Positions 19,128-26,772 of a stretch of 32,000 bases of DNA are shown in pieces. The translations under genes and the position numbers were made by a program. The notes beneath the pieces were generated by a model. It ran no database searches, had not been told where the DNA came from, and saw nothing but the letters and a program-made list of their open reading frames with translations. Positions within the stretch are counted from its first letter, which is position 1. The number at the start of each line of letters is the position of its first letter. Source of the stretch: Promethearchaeota archaeon (lineage in GTDB: Archaea > Asgardarchaeota > Hermodarchaeia > Hermodarchaeales > Hermodarchaeaceae); NCBI GenBank assembly GCA_048938295.1, contig JBHLMI010000011.1, forward strand, positions 34,270 to 66,269, given 5' to 3'.

Positions 19128-19187
19128 AGGAGAAGTTACGATGGCTTTTTTAGCTGCTGTTTGTCTCGACGTGTTTACTACCTTCAA

Positions 19188-19208
19188 TTTACAACTTTTT
19201 GTAGTAAA
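19188..19208. promoter_or_regulatory. Operator palindrome TTTACAAC-N5-GTAGTAAA at hsp20 promoter
   Basis: 8-5-8 inverted repeat with 7 of 8 matches, starting about 19 nt downstream of the TATA box. A near-identical copy lies at 20100-20120. Confidence 0.75.
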
Positions 19209-19226
19209 CCTTATATTACTAACTTG

Positions 19227-19234
19227 CTTATAAA
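19227..19234 (-). promoter_or_regulatory. TATA box of hsp20
   Basis: TTTATAAG on the minus strand; predicted TSS ~19202, inside the operator. Confidence 0.6.
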
Positions 19235-19333
19235 TATATCGGTAAAACACATCTCTCATAGCGAATAATTGCCCAAAGATCAATCAAATCCAAGAATTAC
19301 TCTAATGAAATGGGGCCTTGAGGTTCGTTAGTT

Positions 19334-20080
19334 TTATTCGAACAGGGTGGTGTCCAGGCTTGCTTTTAATTCGCTAATTATCTCTTTTACAGTGGCTTCC
19401 CGCAGATTCAACACTTCAGAAATACGTCTTATGCTGTCGTCATGGGAATCAATGGCATGGTGCAAGACGCGGCGGGCATCGGGGCTATCAATTTGCTGCA
19501 CCATCTTGCGGGTTTCTTTCATCACGCTGTTTCGAATGTAAAGGAGAACCAGTTTTTCTTCTTCGAGGTAATCGAGGTGTTCATCTATATCTGTTAGAAT
19601 CTCTGCTAAGTGATCGATTTTCCTCTCTTCTTTAGGATATTTGAAAAGTTCCTTCACTCGATTCAGGAAGGCTGCTGCCTTTTCAGAAAGGGTTTCTTGG
19701 TCTGGCTCTACATCAAAGGCTATTACTTTCTCTTTGAAGAGATGTGGACCGATGTTCACCATGATAGCGAGGCTCTTGTTTAAGAAGTAGATTCGCCGTT
19801 TGGGTCCTTGAGGGCTTGTTTCTTTAGCAGACTCAACGAGCTGTGCCTTTTCCATGATTTTAAGATGTTTGGCGACAAGTTGTTGACTTAAATTGAGGTC
19901 TTTGGCAAGCTGGAGAGGGTAATTGGGTTCTTGGCTTAAACGTTGGATAACTAGTCGGCGAATGGGGCTGTCTAAAATTCGCAAAATTGAATCGAGCTCG
20001 GTATCGCGTCTCGGTTTGACTCCAGTTTCCTTTCCTTTTTTGGAAGTTGATACAATCTTTTTTTTGCTCTTACTATTCAT
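19334..20080 (-). CDS. ArsR-type wHTH regulator, Phr/HSR1-like heat-shock repressor
   Basis: LRILDSPIRRLVIQRLSQEPNYPLQLAKDLNLSQQLVAKHLKIMEKAQLV...GPKRRIY, then a coiled coil and a second HTH-like C-terminus. Adjacent to hsp20 and shares its operator. Confidence 0.75.
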   Translation of the reverse strand: MNSKSKKKIVSTSKKGKETGVKPRRDTELDSILRILDSPIRRLVIQRLSQEPNYPLQLAKDLNLSQQLVAKHLKIMEKAQLVESAKETSPQGPKRRIYFLNKSLAIMVNIGPHLFKEKVIAFDVEPDQETLSEKAAAFLNRVKELFKYPKEERKIDHLAEILTDIDEHLDYLEEEKLVLLYIRNSVMKETRKMVQQIDSPDARRVLHHAIDSHDDSIRRISEVLNLREATVKEIISELKASLDTTLFE

Positions 20081-20099
20081 CGCTATGTAAACTCTTCAA

Positions 20100-20120
20100 T
20101 ATACTACTAAATGTTGTATA
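20100..20120. promoter_or_regulatory. Operator palindrome TATACTAC-N5-GTTGTATA upstream of the regulator gene
   Basis: 8-5-8 inverted repeat with 7 of 8 matches, 20 nt upstream of ATG 20080. Same consensus as the 19188-19208 site. Confidence 0.75.
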
Positions 20121-20176
20121 ATTAAAGTTATTTATTGTGCAGTTGCATAGAAGCCATCGTCTTTAGTCGAGGTAGT

Positions 20177-21871
20177 TCACGCTGTAACAACCTCAATTTT
20201 GAGTTTGGGTTTACTAATCACTTCACGTTGTTCTTTGAGGATGTTTCGGGCAATGTCTAAGGCTGTTTCATCATCGTAGACGCCTTGAGCGTTTTTCCGT
20301 GCTTCTTGGAGCATCTGACGCTGCACCTTGAGTTTCAAATCCCCAATGGTCAACGCACCAATACCATAGTTTTCAGGAATTAGCTCACGAAAATCATCTG
20401 TAGGAGTTAGAGATTCGATTCCACTTGGAGGTACAGCATTTACATCCAATAGAATTTTTGTCCCTAAAACAGATTGCAGCTGTTCGAGTGATACTAATTG
20501 AATACCCGGAGAGCCAACAGCGAAAATAAGGTTAGCATCCTCTAGAAGTTCATGAAGGTCATCAGGTGAAGTTGATTGCACGCCTTCCACTTTATTACTC
20601 TCGATTGAGGCCCGGTGCGCTACTTCTCTGGCCCGGTCAATATTTCGTGAGGTTAATACTGTCAGCGCTCCACTCTTGGAAAGTAAATGAGCCACACTTT
20701 CTCCAACTGGTCCTGTACCTGCAAGAACTAACGCAATGTTACTTTTGAGTGAACCTTGGTTAAGTCTGCGCAGAGCTTCCTCAGCTTTGGCAACCATAGC
20801 CGCCGCCGTGGAAAATGCACCGTGTGGATCAATAATTACTGCCGTTTCGAAAGGTTTCACCATGGCCTTTTGAATTCTGTCTGCCATTTGACGAGCAAGG
20901 GAAACCTGACGTCCTCCAACAAAGAAGCAAAGATGCTTTACTCCCTTGGTTCCCCTTGAAAAGATAGCATCTTGGACTAAGTCTTGAATCCGATCAAGCG
21001 ACACTCCAGAATATGGAACTACAACATCAAATCCTGCGTCGTACGCTACACAGATATCAAACGGGCTAGCGTGGTCATCCGCTTCTAGGAAAAAAAGAAT
21101 GTCACTTAGTTTTGTTTTTGGGCGCTTAATCACTGGCACAACAGAAACCGAAGAAACTCCTGTGAGCTCCGTCATGCCTTTCATTTCCTCTTTTGGCACT
21201 TCTGAAAGAATTCGTTTGAAGCTTATAGGGACCACATCTACCTCCAAGGATTGCAAAAGTTCCATTAAACCTTGGAAATGTCTGGGGCTGCTCAAGTGAA
21301 ACGTGGTTATTCGCTTCTTCTTAAGAAGTTCAGCTTGTTGTAAAATCCCCATAGTAATCCAGCTTTCACGGATTCCAAATTGTACTTGTCTAATTTCCTC
21401 TTCAAGTTCATCGTGCAAGTACTGACCATAGGCGACAAGCCGATCTATTTTGTCTTGCACACTTGGAGTTATTTTTTCATCTGATAGGATTCTTAACCCG
21501 TCTAAGACCTCATTGCGCTTTTCCAGTTTCAACTTGATACTCCGTGAGAGGTATGAGTGAGCGAACTCGTCCATTTCAACCGCATAAAAAGGGATCTTTA
21601 ATTTTGAGAATACATCCGCTACTGGGTTGTCTTCACGGAATTCCTTCAAGCTCCGCAGACCCAATTCATCGGTGGCAAAATCTGGTGACTCTGATTCAGC
21701 AATCTGCTTGATCATATCGCAATAAGCCATTGAAGGGCGTTTTATTGCAGAAATCTTCGATTCAGATTCAGAAGGAGGGGAATGAATGAGCCAAGGTTCG
21801 TCATAGGCCTTTCTAATTAGGAAGACCCGCAATTTTTTCCCACTTAAAGGGGCAAGCTCTAACGTTTTCAA
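20177..21871 (-). CDS. Fusion: N-terminal TraB/ChaN/EreA-like domain plus NAD(P)-dependent methylene-H4MPT/H4F dehydrogenase (MtdA-like)
   Basis: C-terminal ~305 aa: SPFDICVAYDAGFD, QDAIFSRG, FVGG, DPHGAFSTAAAMV, VLAGTGPVG, LTSR, DVNAVPPSGI, GALTIGDLK. N-terminal ~235 aa is soluble, with PDFATDEL, RE and RHFQGLMELL. TTG start with AGGTGA RBS. Confidence 0.85.
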   Translation of the reverse strand: MKTLELAPLSGKKLRVFLIRKAYDEPWLIHSPPSESESKISAIKRPSMAYCDMIKQIAESESPDFATDELGLRSLKEFREDNPVADVFSKLKIPFYAVEMDEFAHSYLSRSIKLKLEKRNEVLDGLRILSDEKITPSVQDKIDRLVAYGQYLHDELEEEIRQVQFGIRESWITMGILQQAELLKKKRITTFHLSSPRHFQGLMELLQSLEVDVVPISFKRILSEVPKEEMKGMTELTGVSSVSVVPVIKRPKTKLSDILFFLEADDHASPFDICVAYDAGFDVVVPYSGVSLDRIQDLVQDAIFSRGTKGVKHLCFFVGGRQVSLARQMADRIQKAMVKPFETAVIIDPHGAFSTAAAMVAKAEEALRRLNQGSLKSNIALVLAGTGPVGESVAHLLSKSGALTVLTSRNIDRAREVAHRASIESNKVEGVQSTSPDDLHELLEDANLIFAVGSPGIQLVSLEQLQSVLGTKILLDVNAVPPSGIESLTPTDDFRELIPENYGIGALTIGDLKLKVQRQMLQEARKNAQGVYDDETALDIARNILKEQREVISKPKLKIEVVTA

Positions 21872-21879
21872 TTAATCAC

Positions 21880-21896
21880 CTGCCTATATTAGGCAG
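21880..21896. promoter_or_regulatory. Perfect 7-3-7 inverted repeat abutting the mtd ribosome-binding site
   Basis: CTGCCTA-TAT-TAGGCAG. On the minus strand its 3' arm runs into AGGTGA. A TATA-like TATAAAAA lies at 21959-21966. Confidence 0.45.
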
Positions 21897-22027
21897 TTAA
21901 GGCTTCTTCCCATCTGAGAAAAAGGCGATGAAAATTTATTTTAGATGAAAAAAGACAATTTTTATAGTCAAGCTCGTTGCCCAAGGCAAATTGTGAACTA
22001 GATCGGGGCAGATATCTTAAGTTCAAA

Positions 22028-23371
22028 TCATGTTTTTCGTTCTCCAGCTTCTCTAAATCTATAATCTGTATGAGCTGCACAAGAAACGCAGGGATCAAAA
22101 CATCGAACAGCCATCATAGCCCGTTCAAGGATTTTTTCATTTGGCCAACCAAGATTTATGCAAGCACTCATGACGTTTTGTACAATCACCGCTATCGCAC
22201 GGGCATTAAGCTCTGTTGGCACTCGAATGTCGATATCTTTGATTCTGTTGCTACTATTTGTACTTACTCGGTAAAGGAGAATTCCCCGTGGAGCTTCAAC
22301 TGCACTAGCTCCGATTCTAGTTCCTGGTGTCAACCCAATTGAAGAGTCTTCATCTTTCGACCATTCTGTTTCCAACAGGTTGATTGCATTTGTGAGAGCG
22401 AATTCCATTTCGTCAATTCGAAGAAGCCCGGTTTGGAACAGGTTAGGCACTCCTATGTACGATTTCTTACTTTTCGTTGGCTTAGACTGAAGTACAGCTA
22501 GTCGGGCATAAGGCCCCGCTAAGAGATTCTTGGATTCGTCGTTTGATTTGATGTAGACAACTTTTGTGGGGGCATCTAACAGGTCCTGCTCCACTAAGTA
22601 TTCAGAGAAATCATCACAGGCAACGGTTTCATGTGTTCCATCATCAGAAATGAAATGGACCTGATTAAGACCAGAAAACCGGTTGGCCTTTGTTTCAAAG
22701 GAGCTAATATAAAGTGGAAGAGGAAGTGCATAGTGTTGGATTTCCTCTTCGATTTCATCTAGTAGCGAATTGTAGTATTCTTTAGTCCATTTCACTCCCG
22801 AGAGCGTTGAAGAAAGTTGTTGGATAAGATCTTGCTGTTGAGTGCTATTGATGTTTTGAACGACTCCACCTGGAATCAGGTTAAAGGCTAAATTAGTATT
22901 ACCTGCTGTTGCGGTGATTAACGCTTCTGCACACTCGTATAATTTTGTAGCAATTGGTAGAACTCGTGGTTGCATGCGATCAATGCCAAGGATGTCTTGT
23001 CGAGAGATTTGGTTTGTAAGATACATCAAATCAGCCAAAGTAGAAAAGAACACACTATATGTGTGCGATCGGATGATTTCTCCCAAGAGCGCCAGTTCGC
23101 GGATTAACTCGGCAATTGGGGGAATTGATACATCTGTAGTCGATTCAATTGCTTTTATTGCTCCTATTCTATGGGCAACTGGACAAATTCCACAGATCCG
23201 CGGAACAATTTTTGGTAAGTCATTAATGTGTTGTCCAATTAGAACGTTCAAAAAGTCCCGTGCCGTTGGCATGTTATATACAACATTTGTTATGCGATCT
23301 TTGTCTCGCGTTACAATGAGCTTGCTTTCGCCTTCTATCCGTGTCATTGGTAAGGATAGTCGAATTTTCAT
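22028..23371 (-). CDS. mvhA: Group 3 [NiFe]-hydrogenase large subunit (MvhA-like), divergent
   Basis: TRIEG, L1 PRICGICPVAH, GPYAR, EAPRG, VPT, L2 FDPCVSCAAH, then a 13-aa C-terminal extension. ATGA overlap with the mvhG stop. Confidence 0.88.
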   Translation of the reverse strand: MKIRLSLPMTRIEGESKLIVTRDKDRITNVVYNMPTARDFLNVLIGQHINDLPKIVPRICGICPVAHRIGAIKAIESTTDVSIPPIAELIRELALLGEIIRSHTYSVFFSTLADLMYLTNQISRQDILGIDRMQPRVLPIATKLYECAEALITATAGNTNLAFNLIPGGVVQNINSTQQQDLIQQLSSTLSGVKWTKEYYNSLLDEIEEEIQHYALPLPLYISSFETKANRFSGLNQVHFISDDGTHETVACDDFSEYLVEQDLLDAPTKVVYIKSNDESKNLLAGPYARLAVLQSKPTKSKKSYIGVPNLFQTGLLRIDEMEFALTNAINLLETEWSKDEDSSIGLTPGTRIGASAVEAPRGILLYRVSTNSSNRIKDIDIRVPTELNARAIAVIVQNVMSACINLGWPNEKILERAMMAVRCFDPCVSCAAHTDYRFREAGERKT

Positions 23372-24102
23372 TGTTTAAACTTCAGCTCCGGTTTTTGATA
23401 TCTAAAAGCGAGAGCCGCATACTTACGAATGGCGTCGCTGACTTTTATGAGAGAGAAGAAATTAGCGAGAGTCGAGGGTAGATTCCGGTCTATGGCACCC
23501 ATACAGCCATCACAGGGAGTGGCTCCCTTAATACAAAGGGCTTCACACCCTGCACGGGTTATTGGGCCTAAACAGAGTATTCCCTCGCGTAAAAAACAGC
23601 TTTGGGGAGGGCGTACGTTATGTAAGGACGTTATCTCAACATCAAATGCTTGATCTTGGGCAAACGGGCATTCTCCACACACGTTTTTGTCAGGGAGTTC
23701 GATTTCAGAACCATCAATTGCGCTCATCAACAGATTTCCAAGTAACTTTCGTGGTGGCGGACAGCCAGGTAATGACATGTATAAGTCAACGAATTTACTG
23801 ATGGGATCTATACGCATGTTGGGGGATTGGCTCATTATTCCACCGAGAACGGCACAGCTTCCCAAAGCGATGATTTTGGTTCCTGCGGTCCATAGTCTTC
23901 GAAGAAGTTCCGCGTCTTCATCTCGAGTGACTCCACCTTCTACAAATGCGATATCTAAATCCGTGTCAACTTGAACATCAGAGATTAATCGAAACACACG
24001 AATATCAACTGATTTAAGGAGTTCAGGGAATAGGGCGCTACCAAGTATGGCAAACATACACCCGCTACAGGAGTTTAGTTGAAGAAAACCAATCTTAGTC
24101 AT
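23368..24102 (-). CDS. mvhG: [NiFe]-hydrogenase small subunit (MvhG-like)
   Basis: SCSGC, VEGGV, ALGSCA..GGI, LPGCPP, VCGECP, CFL..G..CLGP.TRAGC.A.C....PC.GC.G. TAATG overlap with the hdrA fusion stop. Confidence 0.9.
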   Translation of the reverse strand: MTKIGFLQLNSCSGCMFAILGSALFPELLKSVDIRVFRLISDVQVDTDLDIAFVEGGVTRDEDAELLRRLWTAGTKIIALGSCAVLGGIMSQSPNMRIDPISKFVDLYMSLPGCPPPRKLLGNLLMSAIDGSEIELPDKNVCGECPFAQDQAFDVEITSLHNVRPPQSCFLREGILCLGPITRAGCEALCIKGATPCDGCMGAIDRNLPSTLANFFSLIKVSDAIRKYAALAFRYQKPELKFKQ

Positions 24103-26630
24103 TAGCCTAATAGCTCCTCTAATTCAGTGGAAAATTGATTGACCTGGTTCGCGAACACGTGACCTTCAACGGCTGACACATTCAATACGCGTACACGTTT
24201 TTGTAGTTCGTCTCCATAAAAATCTGCGAGAACACCAATTCGTGTCTGAGCCTTCTTGATACCCTCAAAGAACCGGCAAGCTGTTTCATGACAGCCAACA
24301 ACCATAACACCATCAAATCCGTGGTTTAACGCTGTTATTACATAATTTGCATCGATTGAACCCGCGCATGGCAGTCTAATGACCATTGCACCAGGATCAT
24401 AGTCCAGTCGACGAATGCCTGCATTATCCACTGCCGGGTATCCACATGAGTTGCAGGAAAACACAATTATTCGGGGGGAGGCTGTGCTCATTGAGAGGGC
24501 ATTCATTGCAGCTTGAACCTCCTCCTGAATTGGAGGGGAAGCCAGAGCTCCGGTTGGGCATATTGCGATGCAGGCTCCACAGCCTTCACATTTTAGCGTA
24601 TCGATACGAAGTGTGTCAGCTATGATGGCGAGAGCGTTAAAGGGACAGGACTCTACACAGAGATTACAAAGCCCACATTTTTCTTGATTAATTTGAATTG
24701 GTATGTCCCCTGCAGGGAGGCTATCTTTTCCTAATAGAAGAAGAACTTCTAATGCGGTATCTCGAGAATCTGCTACTAAGTCGGCATAAGCTTTAGGACC
24801 AGTTATAGACCCACAAGCCCAAATACCTGAGGATAAGCTCTTTGGGTCAATGAAACCTCGTCTATCCAAGGAAAAATTCGTCATACTACGAAGGGTTAGC
24901 TGTTGGTCTCCTGGCGTCATACCCATATTGAGAACAATAAGATCTGCTGGGAATGAATTTGAATCAGTTTGGATTAAGCGTTTATGCCCCCGATGAATGA
25001 TCTTAATGCTTTCACAAAAGTGAATATGAGAATATTCTGGGATGAAGGTGCTTCGATCAGGGGGAATTAAGGCTATCTGGTAAAGGACATTGATGGAAGT
25101 ATTGGGCGCCTTTTTTTCTACAATCTCTAGGTATTTGAGCGCGAGGTTACAGCAGTAGTTTGAACAAGCCTTGGTTCGGTTCTGACATTGAAGAACAATT
25201 ATGGAACGGGCAGGTTGGCCGGTTGTTGGGCAGATTATATTGCCTCCTGTTGGTCCATCAGGCGCTAGCATACGTTCAAATTCGGATGAAGTGATAATAT
25301 CCTTAGCAGGGTTATATTGAATTGCTCCTTGAGATGGCAAGGTTTTAGGATCGCATACTTCTGCGCCTGTTGCAAGAATTATGGCACCAACCGTGAACTT
25401 CTTGGTTACAGGTTCTTGATCAAGATTAATCGCTTTAGATGGGCATGCTTTTTCGCATTTTCGGCATGTCCGGCAAAAATCAATATCCTCCTGTTCAATG
25501 ACGGGTCTACTAGGATATGCGGCAGGGCAAGGCACATGGATGAGTTTACGTTGGCTAATATGGTACTCAAATGCATCTGGACGAGACTCAGGACACGTAT
25601 CGACACAAGAGCCGCACATTATGCATTTTGATAAATCGACATATCGGGGCTGTTGCAGAGCAGTAATCTCATAATTGCCAATTGTTCCTGAAATATCGGA
25701 GAGTTCGGTATTAGTAAGAATTCGTATGTTCCCTGAAAGCATAACTGAGGATACATCCTCAGCAATCATACATGGACCACAATCGATAGCCCCATAGATG
25801 CTTTCCCATCGCCGCGCGATTCCACCTAGACATGACTCTTTCTCTAGCAGAATAATGGAATAGTTGGATTGAGCCAAAACCTTGGCAACCTCTACTCCAG
25901 CTAGTCCACCACCAATGATGGCGGCACTTTTCCGAATTGGTAACGTACGCTTTGGAATTGAGACCCGATGCCGGAGCATCTCAGCGCTGGCCCGTATTAG
26001 AAGTAACGCTTTTTCTGTGGCTTGCTCGGGTTTATTTCTATGAACCCAAGCACAATGTTCACGTATGTTCGCGAATTCAATGGGTATATCCAATTGCATT
26101 CGAATAGCGGTAAACATTTGGCTGTGAAGGTGAGGGGAGCAGGCTGCAATTACAAGATTATTCAGAAAATACCGATCACACCATGCTTTTAGTTTCTCAA
26201 CGTTTTCTAACAAACATAAATGCTGAAACACCATTGTACGTTCAACATATGGCAGATCATTGACTTTCTCCATAAGCTCCCCGACATTAATGGCTTGATG
26301 AATTTCCTCCCCACAAGAACAGACAATTACGCCAATACGGAAAATTGCTCCTCGTGAATCCGCTTCGCTCAGATCGATTGCCTCTCCGGCCATCAATTGT
26401 TCCTTGGCGGTCATTAGGCGGATTGCATTTGTTCCTGCGGCGGAAAGTTGATAGAAGCCATTCCGTTTCTCTATGAACCCCTCCAGTTTTTTGAGATGAT
26501 AATTGAAGAGACCTGTTTTCGTGAGCCCTAATCTTTTCATCAAATCATTATAGGTGATTAGTCGTTCAGCGTCTAATATTCGAAGAATTTGTTCGCGGAG
26601 TGGATGGGCCAAAGCCGCATATACATTCAT
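24102..26630 (-). CDS. hdrA: Winged-helix HTH :: HdrA :: MvhD triple fusion protein
   Basis: aa 1-80: wHTH (ALAHPLREQIL...GLFNYHLKKL...YQLS..G). HdrA part: IGVIVCSCG, AACSP, NIREHCAWVH, IIGGGLAG, DCGPC, two inserted CxxCxxCxxxCP, EFERM, CSNYCC, two C-terminal ferredoxin motifs. MvhD part: FSCNSCGYP, RLPCAG, DGV..VGC....CRF..G. Confidence 0.9.
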   Translation of the reverse strand: MNVYAALAHPLREQILRILDAERLITYNDLMKRLGLTKTGLFNYHLKKLEGFIEKRNGFYQLSAAGTNAIRLMTAKEQLMAGEAIDLSEADSRGAIFRIGVIVCSCGEEIHQAINVGELMEKVNDLPYVERTMVFQHLCLLENVEKLKAWCDRYFLNNLVIAACSPHLHSQMFTAIRMQLDIPIEFANIREHCAWVHRNKPEQATEKALLLIRASAEMLRHRVSIPKRTLPIRKSAAIIGGGLAGVEVAKVLAQSNYSIILLEKESCLGGIARRWESIYGAIDCGPCMIAEDVSSVMLSGNIRILTNTELSDISGTIGNYEITALQQPRYVDLSKCIMCGSCVDTCPESRPDAFEYHISQRKLIHVPCPAAYPSRPVIEQEDIDFCRTCRKCEKACPSKAINLDQEPVTKKFTVGAIILATGAEVCDPKTLPSQGAIQYNPAKDIITSSEFERMLAPDGPTGGNIICPTTGQPARSIIVLQCQNRTKACSNYCCNLALKYLEIVEKKAPNTSINVLYQIALIPPDRSTFIPEYSHIHFCESIKIIHRGHKRLIQTDSNSFPADLIVLNMGMTPGDQQLTLRSMTNFSLDRRGFIDPKSLSSGIWACGSITGPKAYADLVADSRDTALEVLLLLGKDSLPAGDIPIQINQEKCGLCNLCVESCPFNALAIIADTLRIDTLKCEGCGACIAICPTGALASPPIQEEVQAAMNALSMSTASPRIIVFSCNSCGYPAVDNAGIRRLDYDPGAMVIRLPCAGSIDANYVITALNHGFDGVMVVGCHETACRFFEGIKKAQTRIGVLADFYGDELQKRVRVLNVSAVEGHVFANQVNQFSTELEELLG

Positions 26631-26704
26631 CTTGGGGTCCTTCTCGTGATTTCTGTGGAGAAATACCTTAGATAACTCTAATTGTCAAGAAACATAACTT
26701 AGAC

Positions 26705-26735
26705 AAAAAAGCTTGCCCTGTTTAAAAAGGCAAGC
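26705..26735 (-). terminator. Hairpin plus U6 tract downstream of the zinc-finger gene
   Basis: GCTTGCC (26711-26717) pairs with GGCAAGC (26729-26735), 11-nt loop, followed by TTTTTT on the minus strand, about 40 nt after the 26773 stop. Confidence 0.6.
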
Positions 26736-26772
26736 AATGGCTGCAACTATTCTTGCTACTTCTGATGAGAAA

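Noticed and set aside
19188-19283. ORF-track N-terminal extension of Hsp20
   Set aside because: It runs through the TATA box and operator, so it lies upstream of the predicted transcription start.
22028-26630. Selenocysteine versions of HdrA/MvhA/MvhD
   Set aside because: The positions that are Sec in some archaea (DCxxC, DPCxxC, FxCxxC) are all ordinary Cys codons, and the ORFs have no in-frame UGA.
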